DNA of 64,000 bases, taken from IMG/VR virus record IMGVR_UViG_3300031992_000012, positions 141,082 through 205,081 of that record. One strand, given 5' to 3'. Source of the stretch: a virus (taxonomy: Duplodnaviria > Caudoviricetes). Below are positions 38,276-48,840 of the stretch, in pieces; the first letter of the stretch is position 1; each line of letters opens with the position of its first letter. The notes beneath the pieces were generated by a model. That model saw nothing but the letters and a program-made list of their open reading frames with translations, made no database searches and was not told the DNA's origin. The translations under genes were made by a program, and so were the position numbers.

Positions 38276-39316
38276 CAAAACTTGCCTCGCGACGACCGTA
38301 TCCGTAGTTGCTATGTTGCTGACCCCGGATACGTACTGTGCTCCTGTGACTATAATCAGCAGGAGCTTATATCGTTAGCACAAATCACATTCACGCGATT
38401 TGGTCATTCGCTAATGCGAGACCTTATCAATAACGACATCGACATCCATGGGTATATGGGGACAACCATTAGAGGCTTGTTCCGAGGTCTTCCCAAATTC
38501 GATGTAACCAACCCTGAAATTGTAGCGATGTATGTTACTACAATAAAAGGGTTCAAAGCCAACGAACCCGACGAGTATAAGAAATTACGCCAACTAGCGA
38601 AAGCGTTAGATTTTGGCCTACCGGGCGGGCTCGGATACCGCTCCTTCGTGGTCTACGCCAGAAACTATGGTGTTGAACTAAGGGAGGAGGAAGCAGCGCC
38701 TCTCTGCAAACTGTGGAAGGACACATTCCCTGAGACGTACAACTATCTTGAGGACCCAGGTCCGGAGTTAGATGAAAACGCTCCGAGAATACTTCCATCT
38801 GATTCAGATGAGGTAAGAAGATTAAAGAACATATATCGGTACAAGTGCGTTACCTTAACGGGACGCGTGCGTGCGAGATGTAGCTTCACCCAGGCGAGCA
38901 ACACCGGTTTCCAGGCGCTCTCCTCGGACTGTAGTAAGTTGGCAATGTGGAACTTATACAAAGCAGGGTATGTAATGCAGAATATGATCCATGACGAGAC
39001 CATCACATTACTCCCGTTTGACGAGTATACGACCGACCGCGCCGCGCACATCGAGAAGATAATGGTCCAGAGCATGCAGACTATCACGCCTGACGTAAAG
39101 GTCAAGGCCGAGCCTGCGCTTATGTACAGATGGCAGAAATCCGCAGAACCCTATTTCGCCGACGGGATACTGCTCCCATGGGAGCTTGTTCCGAAGGACA
39201 GTAAGGGGAAGGCGGTTGCATGGGATACCCTGCCTGGTGGTGCTCGCCAGGCGATAAAGGACAGGTTGTTGTATCTGAGAGATGAAGCTGCGAGACTTAG
39301 AGCGTCATGTGCTTGA
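38276..39316 (+). CDS. polA: DNA polymerase family A, exon 2
   Basis: QNLPR, motif A CDYNQQEL, motif B RQLAKALDFG, motif C IHDE. Confidence 0.9.
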   Translation, partial: QNLPRDDRIRSCYVADPGYVLCSCDYNQQELISLAQITFTRFGHSLMRDLINNDIDIHGYMGTTIRGLFRGLPKFDVTNPEIVAMYVTTIKGFKANEPDEYKKLRQLAKALDFGLPGGLGYRSFVVYARNYGVELREEEAAPLCKLWKDTFPETYNYLEDPGPELDENAPRILPSDSDEVRRLKNIYRYKCVTLTGRVRARCSFTQASNTGFQALSSDCSKLAMWNLYKAGYVMQNMIHDETITLLPFDEYTTDRAAHIEKIMVQSMQTITPDVKVKAEPALMYRWQKSAEPYFADGILLPWELVPKDSKGKAVAWDTLPGGARQAIKDRLLYLRDEAARLRASCA

Positions 39317-39586
39317 TGACCTGAACCTCGTCAAGGCTGAGTTCAGCAACCTGGATGAGAAGGGCGACGGAATCATAGTCGCTTTGAACTGCAACCTCTG
39401 GCGTGCATGGCGCGTCAGGGGCGGCAGGAAAGCCACCCCGTCGTCCGGTTGGTGGGTCAAGGCTGGAGATGCCGTGAAGGCGCTTGACACCGACGAGTGA
39501 ACACGTATTGTATTGCCTGCCCGCTGAGACAATGGTGTCGCTATTAGGGCGCAAGGCAAAGAGCACAAATAAAAAGAAGGAAAGAA

Positions 39587-40777
39587 ATGCCGTTTTTTCA
39601 AACGTCCGGAGGAAGTGGCCGGAGCGGTAACGAGTATGACAATACGCTCGCTACCAACTGCCGTCACTTTTTGTACAATCTCTCAAAGGAAGGCGCGACT
39701 GAAATTCGGGTCGTGCCGGCTTTGGTGAACGGGGCGCCGGAGCCCCTCCTGAACACGGAATACGGAAGCACGCTGCAGGAAGCGCTTACTTCTGCTTTCG
39801 CAGTCGTGGACGTGGTCCGTTTCCTCGGGCCGAACAAGGCCAGCATGATTTGCCCGCCTCCTGTCGAGGGCGAGCGCAAGGGCCCTGTCCACTATTTCAT
39901 AGACACAATCCTTGACTCCGCCGAGAACGACCCGAAGGGGTGCCCAGACGACTGGCTGAGATGGTGCGGCAAGGGCCGCGACCGTCCGAAGGCCGTCATC
40001 CAGCGCCCGCAGCAGATTGTGATGATGCAGGGATTCCTGTATTCCCACAAGGGCCACCCGTGCGTCGACAAGGAGAACCGTCCCATTGTGAGAAGCCCGG
40101 TTGTCCTCATGCTCAACCGCTCGGCGACGAACGACCTACTTGAGAAACTGAGCAAGCCGGCGGACGCCAACGGCGCCTGGGGTTCGGACAACAACAAGCT
40201 GGGCGACCCGGTCGACCTGACCCATGGACGCATCATGAAGTTCTCCCCGTATCCAAAGGAGTTCAACAACCAGATGCAGACTTGGTACATGGCCGAACTG
40301 GCCGACGAAGTCCCGCTGACAATCGAGGACGCCGCGTCGGTATGGCAGCCCTGGGAGCAGGTGCTCAACTACAATCCGACGCTCGCTGAAATCGGAATGT
40401 GGCTGACAAAGGCGTTCAACGCCGAGACAGTCGTCCGCGTCTTCGAGAACCACCCGGTGTACAACCAGTGCATCACGGAGTCAATCCGCCGCATGGTCGG
40501 GGCGCCCAGCGCTCCAGTGCAAGGGTATTCGATGCCGGCGTACAATCCGCCCGAAAGCCTGAGGACAACCCAGGATATCCAGGTCGGGTACACGCCCACG
40601 GCGCGTCCTGCTGTTTCCCGACCGGAACCGTATCCTCCTGTTCCGGAAGCGTACAATGCGGCGGCGCCTGCCACAGACGACCAGTTGGACGACGACGCGC
40701 TCCCTTTTGACCAGCACGCGAGGCGTGATGTGAGCATCACGCCGAGGACGATTGAACGGAGGGCGCCCAGACAATGA
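39587..40777 (+). CDS. hypothetical protein, possibly ssDNA-binding/annealing
   Basis: 396 aa between pol and RecA-like genes; acidic DDDALPF near the C-terminus. Confidence 0.45.
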   Translation: MPFFQTSGGSGRSGNEYDNTLATNCRHFLYNLSKEGATEIRVVPALVNGAPEPLLNTEYGSTLQEALTSAFAVVDVVRFLGPNKASMICPPPVEGERKGPVHYFIDTILDSAENDPKGCPDDWLRWCGKGRDRPKAVIQRPQQIVMMQGFLYSHKGHPCVDKENRPIVRSPVVLMLNRSATNDLLEKLSKPADANGAWGSDNNKLGDPVDLTHGRIMKFSPYPKEFNNQMQTWYMAELADEVPLTIEDAASVWQPWEQVLNYNPTLAEIGMWLTKAFNAETVVRVFENHPVYNQCITESIRRMVGAPSAPVQGYSMPAYNPPESLRTTQDIQVGYTPTARPAVSRPEPYPPVPEAYNAAAPATDDQLDDDALPFDQHARRDVSITPRTIERRAPRQ

Positions 40778-42078
40778 CAGCCAGAGCAATTCCGGCGGTG
40801 GCGACCGACCCGGCTGACGACTTCTTCGGTTCGATGATTACAAGCATTCAGAACCGCAGGGGCGCTACCGGGGCGTTCATGGCCTCCGACTTCGGCAAAT
40901 ACCAGCAGGGCATTCCGATACCCCATCTGATGATGGAGTACATTTTCGGACTGAACGTTATACCGATGCCCAGCCTGATTGAGTTCGCCGGCCCTCCCGG
41001 GTCGTGCAAGTCCGCGTTCCTCCAGTACATCATGAGCATATTCGCAGCGCTGAACATGCGCGGGGTGTATGTGGAGACGGAGAACAAGGCGTCGAACACG
41101 CTGCTCGAATCGTTCCTCGGAGAGGAGGGAAGCAAGCGCGTCCTGTTCATCCCGGGGCCCATGACAATGGAGGACTGGGAAGCCGAAATTCTCAACGCGT
41201 TGAAAAATTACAGGGCGGCCTACGCCGCCAGTGTCACAAGACACGCGAAGAACGCAATCTGCCCCGTCCTGCCTCCGTTGTGCCTCGGCCTTGACTCGCT
41301 CACAGGAGGCTCCTCCAAGGAGTCGATTGCGGCGACCGACAAGGACGGCAAGACAGGAAGGTCGTATCCTGTGGAGGCTTTGATATTGTCGAAGTTCTTC
41401 CCGCAGATACCTACAAGGATGAGGGACCTTCCGATGGTGTTCATATACACGAACCATGAACAGCAGCGCATGGAGGAGAAGAAAGGGCCGTTCACCGTCC
41501 AGGGTCCGAGAAGGAGCCAGGGCGGACAGCGCCCGGACTTCTACTGCGGCATAAGGATGTTCTTCGAGCAGGAAAACAAGCCGGAAAGGCTTGCCGGAAA
41601 CGTGAAGAAGCAGCGCGTCGTCATTGAGGTTGGAAAGAACTCGTTCAATGAGTCGCGCCAGCGCATCAGTCTGCCTATGTACTGGGAGACGACGGTCAAC
41701 GATGACAACAACGAGTCCACCCAGCGGACATGGTTCGGCTGGGAGGAGGCGCTCGCTGAATTCCTCGCACCGGACAAAGGAGGTCCCAAGTACGACAGCG
41801 CGGCGGTCAAACGTTTCCTCAACGTCAAGCGTGAAAGCGCCACTGCGTTCTCATGCCGGGAGCTGGGGCTTGTTCGTGTAAGTCCCGAGGAGCTCGGCAA
41901 AGCCATAGAGGCGGACACGGAGCTTGTAGCAAAGCTCCGTCCGTACCTTGGCGTCAAGTCCTGGAAAGTATGGGACGGCAACCCGGTCTCCGCCAATGTG
42001 GAGGCCGAACTCGACCTGCCTGACCCGGAGCCTGTTGAAATACCGGCGACCGAGGAGGCCGATGATACAGAGGGCTGA
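40774..42078 (+). CDS. RecA/UvsX-like recombinase
   Basis: EFAGPPGSCKS Walker A, VETE, LDSL, GG..P.FY, KN. Confidence 0.8.
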   Translation: MTARAIPAVATDPADDFFGSMITSIQNRRGATGAFMASDFGKYQQGIPIPHLMMEYIFGLNVIPMPSLIEFAGPPGSCKSAFLQYIMSIFAALNMRGVYVETENKASNTLLESFLGEEGSKRVLFIPGPMTMEDWEAEILNALKNYRAAYAASVTRHAKNAICPVLPPLCLGLDSLTGGSSKESIAATDKDGKTGRSYPVEALILSKFFPQIPTRMRDLPMVFIYTNHEQQRMEEKKGPFTVQGPRRSQGGQRPDFYCGIRMFFEQENKPERLAGNVKKQRVVIEVGKNSFNESRQRISLPMYWETTVNDDNNESTQRTWFGWEEALAEFLAPDKGGPKYDSAAVKRFLNVKRESATAFSCRELGLVRVSPEELGKAIEADTELVAKLRPYLGVKSWKVWDGNPVSANVEAELDLPDPEPVEIPATEEADDTEG

Positions 42079-42080
42079 GC

Positions 42081-42590
42081 ATGGTGCTGGGCCCTGGCGA
42101 TTTCGGTGAACTGTTCGGGGGGGACCCCGGACAGGGAATCAGGAAACGCGCTGAGGTTCGTTGGAAAATCGACGTGTGGAAAAAGCTCGCCAGAGGATAC
42201 AACGAACCTCTTGCCGTTTTGAACCCGTTGCGGGAAGACGGAGACGACAACGCCGAGGACGCAATCAGGCTTGCCTGTTCGTCCGAGGAGATGTCGAGGA
42301 TGTACCCGCACAAGGCGAACGTCAATTTGCAGGACCTCCTCCTGCGACCGCTCACGACCCCTGCGGCGAAGACGCTAATGGAGCTTCCGTGCAAGTGGTG
42401 GATTGACGGCGCCGGTGTTGTATTCCCGGTCATCAACTACGGCGACTGGATAATGCATACGTTCGGCCATCCGGAAGGAACGCTGGACGGAAAGGCAGTG
42501 ATAGTAGTTTACGCAAAGAAAGCAGAGGACCGCGACATAATAACAGAACCGTTGTCGCAATTCATTCAGACAAGAAATGGCAGAGACTGA
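42081..42590 (+). CDS. hypothetical protein
   Basis: 169 aa in operon. Confidence 0.55.
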   Translation: MVLGPGDFGELFGGDPGQGIRKRAEVRWKIDVWKKLARGYNEPLAVLNPLREDGDDNAEDAIRLACSSEEMSRMYPHKANVNLQDLLLRPLTTPAAKTLMELPCKWWIDGAGVVFPVINYGDWIMHTFGHPEGTLDGKAVIVVYAKKAEDRDIITEPLSQFIQTRNGRD

Positions 42591-43437
42591 AGAAGTGATG
42601 GTCATGGGTCCGAACGGCACGCTGGTGCCGAGAGAACTGGGCGTCGATTTCGGCGTCGAGAACTACGAGACCTATGAAGAGGCAATTGACGCTCTTTCGG
42701 AGCAGCAGACCGCTGCGGAAAAGCAGACAATCGAAGTGAACTGGAACATTGGCCGTCAGGCCTGGATTGTGTCGGCTGGCGCGAAGTACGGAAGCCACAG
42801 CATAGAGGAGTTCGCCAAGGACCTCGACATGTCTATGAGCTCCGTGTACACGGCCAGGAACTTCTACTCGAAGTACTCCCTTGACGCCGTCCACCGCCTT
42901 ATCGACAACAACCTGTCATATAGGAAGATTGTCATGCTGCTCGGGTGCAACGACGAACTTGAGCGTGACAAGTTGGAAGACGCGCTGAAGGAATTCAGAA
43001 TCGGCGAAGAGCCTCTGAAACTGATGGTGGCCGCAGCCAACGAGGGCGTGGTTATGCCGGAGGACCCTGCCGGCATGAGGGCGTACGTCGACATGTGCAA
43101 GGAAGGCACAAAGCCTGGGGTTGATGAAGAAGCCGAGGACGACGAGGAAGATGAGGAAGAGGAAACGGTTCCAACCGACCCCGTCGAGAAGCTTCGCGCG
43201 CAGATGCAGACGTCGTGCGACGAGCTGTCTCTTGCCATATCCGCCCTCGACCAGAAGGTAAGCGCCTTCTCGAATTTCCTCAAAGGCGACCTTTGGGGCA
43301 GTATCGACGCCGAGACAAAGGCGTCGTTCAACGGCATGCTGTCCGGACTTGCCACTGAAATCTCCGACAGCTCGAGGAAGACATGGCAGCTCCAGCGGAT
43401 GCTCCCGGCGCCGGCGACAAAAGAAGCCGACAAGTAG
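42577..43437 (+). CDS. acidic hypothetical protein, possible HTH/DNA-binding
   Basis: NWNIG...KYG..SIEEFAKDL....SSVYTARNF pattern. Confidence 0.55.
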   Translation: MAETEEVMVMGPNGTLVPRELGVDFGVENYETYEEAIDALSEQQTAAEKQTIEVNWNIGRQAWIVSAGAKYGSHSIEEFAKDLDMSMSSVYTARNFYSKYSLDAVHRLIDNNLSYRKIVMLLGCNDELERDKLEDALKEFRIGEEPLKLMVAAANEGVVMPEDPAGMRAYVDMCKEGTKPGVDEEAEDDEEDEEEETVPTDPVEKLRAQMQTSCDELSLAISALDQKVSAFSNFLKGDLWGSIDAETKASFNGMLSGLATEISDSSRKTWQLQRMLPAPATKEADK

Positions 43438-44327
43438 AAGAGACCCCTTCCGCCGGAAGGATATGGGAAAAGGAGGCGGCGATATTCGCCGACAGATGGA
43501 GTCCTGTCATATCAGGTTCGCCTAATATGGCCGCCACCTGCAAGCTGGCGTTCGCCATAGGTAAGGAGCTAGGTTTCGGAATGCGCGAATCCGGACTCCT
43601 TGCCGAAACCCTTGAACTCCTGTTCGAACAGGAGGGGTACACGCCCCGCTCGTTGTTTCGGGCGGGGCTTAACATATTGACCAACAGGTCCGTGTACAAA
43701 GCCGGAAAGAAGCCGGTGGCGGACCTCAACAGCGGCATATGGGCCGTGCTGCACGTCACGGACATGATTCCCGCAGGAAGGAATTCCAAGGGTAGGAAGC
43801 TGTGGAACGTGTGCTGTCTTGTCCTTAGCGGGCCGATGGCCGGCAAGGAGTTCACGACGGCCATAACAGACAGCTACATGGCGTCCATAGTGCGCGTGAT
43901 AAGCAGCGCCAGGCGTTCCGTCAATGTTGCCGGATGCGACGCGTTCGGAATGAGGATGCTCGCCAGGATAGGCAAGATAAAGGGGAATCTGGCCATACTT
44001 GCCGTCAAGGAGGACTGGGCCAAAGGAAAGGCCCATAACAGCGAATTGAGGAAGAAGCGCGAGGACTGCCCGAAGGGGCCGTGCGACCGCTGTTTGAAAG
44101 GACTGGACAAATGTCCGTATGCGATAAGGAGGATTAGCCTTGGAAGAAAAGAAGAGACCGCACATGGAGTTCCGCCGGGTGGGGGAACAGGACTTCATGT
44201 CGAAGGAAAGGGACCTGAACTATTGGTTCCAGCCGATGGTCCGGGCGGCCCTGGTGTCGACGGAGAACGCCCTGCCGGGCGAAATGACGGAGGAAACGGC
44301 TCGCGAGAAGTTCGGATGGATGATTGA
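43383..44327 (+). CDS. hypothetical protein with C-terminal Cys cluster (start uncertain)
   Basis: CPKGPCDRC...CPY. Confidence 0.45.
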   Translation: MAAPADAPGAGDKRSRQVEETPSAGRIWEKEAAIFADRWSPVISGSPNMAATCKLAFAIGKELGFGMRESGLLAETLELLFEQEGYTPRSLFRAGLNILTNRSVYKAGKKPVADLNSGIWAVLHVTDMIPAGRNSKGRKLWNVCCLVLSGPMAGKEFTTAITDSYMASIVRVISSARRSVNVAGCDAFGMRMLARIGKIKGNLAILAVKEDWAKGKAHNSELRKKREDCPKGPCDRCLKGLDKCPYAIRRISLGRKEETAHGVPPGGGTGLHVEGKGPELLVPADGPGGPGVDGERPAGRNDGGNGSREVRMDD

Positions 44328-44682
44328 GAACCTGAGGGACTTCTACGGCTCCATAATGACAGTCGACGCCTCCGCCGACGAGCTTGTGTCGCTGTTCCTG
44401 ACAAGAATGTGCGAGGACGACACAGGAAAAATATTCATGCTGATGTTCGCCCGCTTGGTGTTCATCATGTATGTGGACAGCGTTAGACGCGCAGTGCAGA
44501 AGCCTGGTCTGTCGAAGGACGAGATAGAAGGCAGTCTGAAGGCCGTCAATATCCTGTCCAGTCTGCCGAAAGGTCTGGCCGACCAGGTCCGTCCTTATTT
44601 GAAAGTGGCTGAGGGATTCGGCTCCTTCGTGCCGGGAATGTTCAAGAAAGAGGTAAAGGAAGATGAAGGAACAGAAAGTTGA
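44140..44682 (+). CDS. hypothetical protein
   Basis: ORF track; likely start MEFRRV. Confidence 0.5.
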   Translation: MEEKKRPHMEFRRVGEQDFMSKERDLNYWFQPMVRAALVSTENALPGEMTEETAREKFGWMIENLRDFYGSIMTVDASADELVSLFLTRMCEDDTGKIFMLMFARLVFIMYVDSVRRAVQKPGLSKDEIEGSLKAVNILSSLPKGLADQVRPYLKVAEGFGSFVPGMFKKEVKEDEGTES

Positions 44683-44794
44683 GGAGCCGTACAAATGCCC
44701 GTGGTGCGGCAAGAGGTTCAAGGAAAGGGCAAAGGCAGAGAAGCATGAACAGGAATGCCCCAAGAGGCCGGTGAAGTATGCGCCGGATAAGTGA
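44663..44794 (+). CDS. 43-aa C2HC zinc-finger peptide (not in ORF track)
   Basis: MKEQKVEEPYKCPWCGKRFKERAKAEKHEQEC; overlaps both neighbours. Confidence 0.6.
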   Translation: MKEQKVEEPYKCPWCGKRFKERAKAEKHEQECPKRPVKYAPDK

Positions 44795-45419
44795 GGTGTT
44801 CTGCGACATCGGCGTCGACCCCGAGGACATAAGGGTCGTAATGCCGTTGACGACAGGGTTGCATGTCAACGCCCCCGAGGATGTAATAGGTTTTGCGTGG
44901 ACGAGTCTGTCAAAGCAGGTGCCCTCGATTGTTACATTCCCGGACAGGGAGTGGGAGCTTTCGCAGGACTACACCGGATTGACGCAGACGACGTATCAGC
45001 AGAACCTGGTGCAGAACTTCCTGGGCAGCCGTGAGGCGGACGAACTAAGGACGAGTCCGGTAGTCGCGTTCTCCAGCGGGATAACCGTTGCGGCCCTGTC
45101 CGCCATGCTGCATCCGGCTCCGTCGCCTTATGTCATCTGCCTTGGAAACGCACTGGCCACCGCGTGCGCCCCTCAGCGTTATCCGCTGAAGGGTGCGCCG
45201 AGGGACCCGGACGAGATAGGCAGATGGCTTAACAAAGGCGCGCAGTTACGCCTTGGCGGCAGAAGGACGCTCCTTGATAACATGAACCTGCATGTCGATG
45301 AAAGAATCGGCATGCCCAAGCTGGGGTGGAACCTGGCTGTCGACTGCACCCTATGGCGTGAGGTGCTGAACGGAAAATGCAATGAGATGGAGGAAGAGGA
45401 CGATGAACTTAAATTCTAG
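44778..45419 (+). CDS. hypothetical protein, weak DnaQ-like exonuclease resemblance
   Basis: TTGL...VIG...YTGLT spacing, but catalytic acidic residues are not evident. Confidence 0.4.
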   Translation: MRRISEVFCDIGVDPEDIRVVMPLTTGLHVNAPEDVIGFAWTSLSKQVPSIVTFPDREWELSQDYTGLTQTTYQQNLVQNFLGSREADELRTSPVVAFSSGITVAALSAMLHPAPSPYVICLGNALATACAPQRYPLKGAPRDPDEIGRWLNKGAQLRLGGRRTLLDNMNLHVDERIGMPKLGWNLAVDCTLWREVLNGKCNEMEEEDDELKF

Positions 45420-45649
45420 TTCATCCCTTGTTTGAGTTCCTGCATGGATATGACCCGAAGGCCGCGTTCGCGGAAGCGCGGGCTGGTCTTGCACTTCGGG
45501 CAGATTCTGTTTCCAGCCCAGGACGAAAGGAACTCCTTGCCGCAGGAAAGGCAGGTTCTCATTTTTTCTTCATTTCTGTCAGACATGTTTCCCTCACGGA
45601 GTATATGTAAATTAAAATGATGACGACGGATAAATAATCTATCACCAAA

Positions 45650-46135
45650 ATGAAATGCTACTCTGTGAAAAACAATGAAATCAGCGAGGGTATAGATGTC
45701 GCGGGACTGCCTTGCGACGCCTCGCTTGTCGGGGCCGGCATAGTTCCGGCCGTTATGGTCAACGCCGGCATACCTGAACGTGACGGCGTGTACCCTGAGC
45801 AGGTCTTCCAGGACAGCCTGGAGTCAGCCATGGCCTGCAGCAGGGTTGTATTCTCAAAAGCCGAAGAGGACACCGAAGGAAGGTTCATACTTGCCTACGA
45901 CCCGCGCGAGTGGATTCCCGACAGGGAGTCAGGCAGCAGGCTCGTGATTGTGTACCGTAGCAGGGAGAGGTTTCTTGCGATGTCCCTTGAGGATGGACAC
46001 TTCAAAATGAAAAACATCAGGACAAGCCAGTCAATCGTCGACAAGGAAGGAAGGCCGGAAATCGTCGAGACAAAGGACGAGCCGGTCGAGCTTCCGGACC
46101 CGGAGGACGGCTGGTTCTGGGCCACAATGCAGTAA
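45650..46135 (+). CDS. hypothetical protein
   Basis: 161 aa; N-terminus MKCYSV...GI resembles the next gene's MKCFTV...GI. Confidence 0.55.
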   Translation: MKCYSVKNNEISEGIDVAGLPCDASLVGAGIVPAVMVNAGIPERDGVYPEQVFQDSLESAMACSRVVFSKAEEDTEGRFILAYDPREWIPDRESGSRLVIVYRSRERFLAMSLEDGHFKMKNIRTSQSIVDKEGRPEIVETKDEPVELPDPEDGWFWATMQ

Positions 46136-46138
46136 CAA

Positions 46139-46678
46139 ATGAAATGCTTTACAGTCTACAGGCATCCCGGGGGCGCCATAAAGTGCGAACCCGGGATTTC
46201 TGTTGTCAGGACATTCCACTTCAACGGACGCCCGTGCGTGCGCCTGGGGATGAACGGCTATCTGTCCTGCGAAAACATCATCGAACTTGGAATGGGCAAG
46301 AGGACGCCTGCCATACACGACTGGCGCAACGACCTCCAGGTAATCTACGACGCGTTTCCTGTCGAGACATCGGCCGGAAGCATCTCGCACCGTTGGACGC
46401 TGTGCAAGCCGTCAAGGGACGACGACTCCGTCTCTCTTGTAAGGCTCAACTTCGGCGCCCAGGTTCCCGAACAATGCAGGTGCGACGTGTTCCCTGAATC
46501 GGGTTCTTCGTCCCCTGTCGGCATCGCTTTCGCGGCGGTCAACAAAAGGCCCTGGCCGTCGTTCTGCATCGACGGGATATGGATTGTATCCGTCGGTGAC
46601 GTCTTTTGTGCAAGGCCGGTGCAGAAACCCGGCATCCGTCTGGTAATGGGACCTGACGGTATGGAAATGGAACAGTAG
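46139..46678 (+). CDS. hypothetical protein
   Basis: 179 aa. Confidence 0.55.
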   Translation: MKCFTVYRHPGGAIKCEPGISVVRTFHFNGRPCVRLGMNGYLSCENIIELGMGKRTPAIHDWRNDLQVIYDAFPVETSAGSISHRWTLCKPSRDDDSVSLVRLNFGAQVPEQCRCDVFPESGSSSPVGIAFAAVNKRPWPSFCIDGIWIVSVGDVFCARPVQKPGIRLVMGPDGMEMEQ

Positions 46679-46695
46679 AAGAAAAGGAAAGATTT

Positions 46696-47865
46696 ATGGC
46701 AACAACAGAAGAAGTCGGAATTTTGCTTCTGGACGGTACGAAGGCGAGCTTCGTCAACGACCGGGTGGCAGACGTGGTGAGGACGATATACGGCTCCGAA
46801 ATGACGGACAACATCCTCCAGACAATCGGAAAGCGCAAGCCAACGTTCAAACGCTGGGTTGCAGACAGGCAGTTCGGTCGCGACTCCAGCGTCAACAACC
46901 GCTCGCCGCTCCACGCCGTCATCCGTGCCTGCATCCTTGTGGACAAGGCGTCCACGGCGCCTGAGCTGTACGACCTGCCAGCAGACCTGAACTGGCAGAT
47001 TGTGTTCATTATCTGCAAGGGTTTCCCAAGCCTTGTGAAGCCAATGCTGGACAAGATAATCACCTCCAAGAACGTTGTGTGGACACCCGGAATCCTTGCC
47101 GCACTGACATCCGTCATACGCGAGTTCGCGTGGATGGAGCTAGACAAGGCGACAATCCAGGCGTTCTACAAGAAGGCGAAGGAGCTGCTGGCAAGACGCG
47201 AGAACACCAATACTGGTACAGACGCGTCCGCCAGCGGGACAATCCTCGGCGCGCTCATTCTCAATCTACTGTCCATGACCCTGCTGATGAAGTATGAAGG
47301 GGAGGCCGGCGGGAATAAAATCGGTCATGGCCTGGCAAACGTCCATGACGCCGATTATTCCGAATGCGCCACTTTCATCCAGAACATGCGTCGTCCGTAC
47401 GCCTACGACATCAACTTCCTGGCACCCTATGCGAGAAGCGCTGTCCGCGACACGTTCCCGTTCGCGCTGCCGAATTCCCTTGACCTCGACCGATATTCCC
47501 CTGAGGAGAACATCCACCGGGCCGGTCGTGTGGCCGAGGAATGGCGCTCAGGGGGGCGTTCGCTGATTGTCTCGGAGGCGTCGCGCATAATAGGGAAGGT
47601 GTGCGACATCCTGTCCGACAGCATGCCTGAGAAACGCCAGATTGAAGGCGACCTCGTCAAACTGCGCGAATTCTCGCTGTTCGCCCCCGACCCGGTGAAG
47701 GCGTTCACAATGTTCGCGCAATACACCTATCATCCCGGTGACGGTGTCATCCAGTTGTTCTCGAGCTCACGCGACACCCTCGAAACAATCCAGGCAATCT
47801 CCGCCTGGTGCGAGGAAAACAACGTAACGCTGAGTCTTGACAATATTCGTGCTCTGACGTATTGA
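46696..47865 (+). CDS. hypothetical helical protein
   Basis: 389 aa, good RBS and codon usage. Confidence 0.65.
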   Translation: MATTEEVGILLLDGTKASFVNDRVADVVRTIYGSEMTDNILQTIGKRKPTFKRWVADRQFGRDSSVNNRSPLHAVIRACILVDKASTAPELYDLPADLNWQIVFIICKGFPSLVKPMLDKIITSKNVVWTPGILAALTSVIREFAWMELDKATIQAFYKKAKELLARRENTNTGTDASASGTILGALILNLLSMTLLMKYEGEAGGNKIGHGLANVHDADYSECATFIQNMRRPYAYDINFLAPYARSAVRDTFPFALPNSLDLDRYSPEENIHRAGRVAEEWRSGGRSLIVSEASRIIGKVCDILSDSMPEKRQIEGDLVKLREFSLFAPDPVKAFTMFAQYTYHPGDGVIQLFSSSRDTLETIQAISAWCEENNVTLSLDNIRALTY

Positions 47866-47988
47866 TTTTTTGCGACGCGACCCTATTGTAAAAGGCTGGC
47901 GGATAATATCTAAAAGGGAACGCGTCCTGACCCGGCGCTAACCGGCTGCAGGTTGCCGCCAGCCAGCAACCACAGGGTCGCGATACAA

Positions 47989-48531
47989 ATGCAGACTTCG
48001 ATTAGTGTTCACATCGACGCGGATGGCGTAAACTGCGGTCTTGACTGCGAGTACCTTGATTTGTTCGGCGTGTCGCCGACTTCCGACGAGCCTGTACCTA
48101 GATGCTGCCTGTGCAGGCAGTTCCTCAACCAGGACAACGGAATGGTGCTTCGCTGCTGCAACTGCCTCGACATGGAACGCAGGTTCGTGGAGGAGGCGAG
48201 AAGGAAGGCGATGCGCGACAAGGTGCAGAACAAACCGCTGGCCGTCTCCCTCCTCGAGCAGACGGACTATCGGGTAGACCTTGGCTCGTTCGCCAACGTC
48301 ACCGATATGATTGAGTACCTTGTAAAGCACGAACGTATCTCAAAGACCTATCTGCAGAAGGAGCTGGGGTTGAGCCAGCCGGACTTCCAGCGGCTCCTGG
48401 ACGGGAACCCGTTCCCGTACATAGTCGCGGAGGTGCAGCGTCACATGGGGGTTCCGATGCCAGTGCACATAACGGCGCAGGACGAGCTCGAAAGAGCCAA
48501 GAAGTCCCTTCACTGGTCGGAGTCGGAATAA
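47989..48531 (+). CDS. Cys-rich protein with C-terminal HTH-like segment
   Basis: C..C clusters; ISKTYLQKELGLSQPDFQRLLDG resembles an XRE-type HTH. Confidence 0.55.
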   Translation: MQTSISVHIDADGVNCGLDCEYLDLFGVSPTSDEPVPRCCLCRQFLNQDNGMVLRCCNCLDMERRFVEEARRKAMRDKVQNKPLAVSLLEQTDYRVDLGSFANVTDMIEYLVKHERISKTYLQKELGLSQPDFQRLLDGNPFPYIVAEVQRHMGVPMPVHITAQDELERAKKSLHWSESE

Positions 48532-48544
48532 ACGGTAGACAACG

Positions 48545-48586
48545 GAAAGGCCCGGATGATGAAAGTCGTCCGGGCTTTCTTTTTTT
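48545..48586 (+). terminator. intrinsic terminator
   Basis: gaaaggcccggatgat-gaaa-gtcgtccgggctttc followed by a T run. Confidence 0.7.
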
Positions 48587-48597
48587 GAGGAAGAGCA

Positions 48598-48840
48598 ATG
48601 CAGGATTTGTATTTTGACACAATCACAAGCGCGGAAATAATAGACGGCGTCGTGAAGATGGACGCCGGCGTGACCCTCCGCGACGGAGTGGAGCAGACAG
48701 TCAGGCTTCGCATCCCCCTGATGGCTTTCCAGGGGATAGCGCAGGGCTTCCGTGAAGCGCTGGTGTCCTTCATGAAGCAAGGGTATTACGGAGAGCAAGG
48801 AAAGACGGCGGCAGGAAATTTGAAAGGAGCCAAGCAATGA
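48598..48840 (+). CDS. small hypothetical protein
   Basis: 80 aa, GAGG RBS. Confidence 0.55.
   Translation: MQDLYFDTITSAEIIDGVVKMDAGVTLRDGVEQTVRLRIPLMAFQGIAQGFREALVSFMKQGYYGEQGKTAAGNLKGAKQ

Noticed and set aside
35538-39316. Pseudogene, intein or stop-codon recoding in DNA polymerase
   Set aside because: Fully explained by a group I intron with U/G splice boundaries that restore the reading frame
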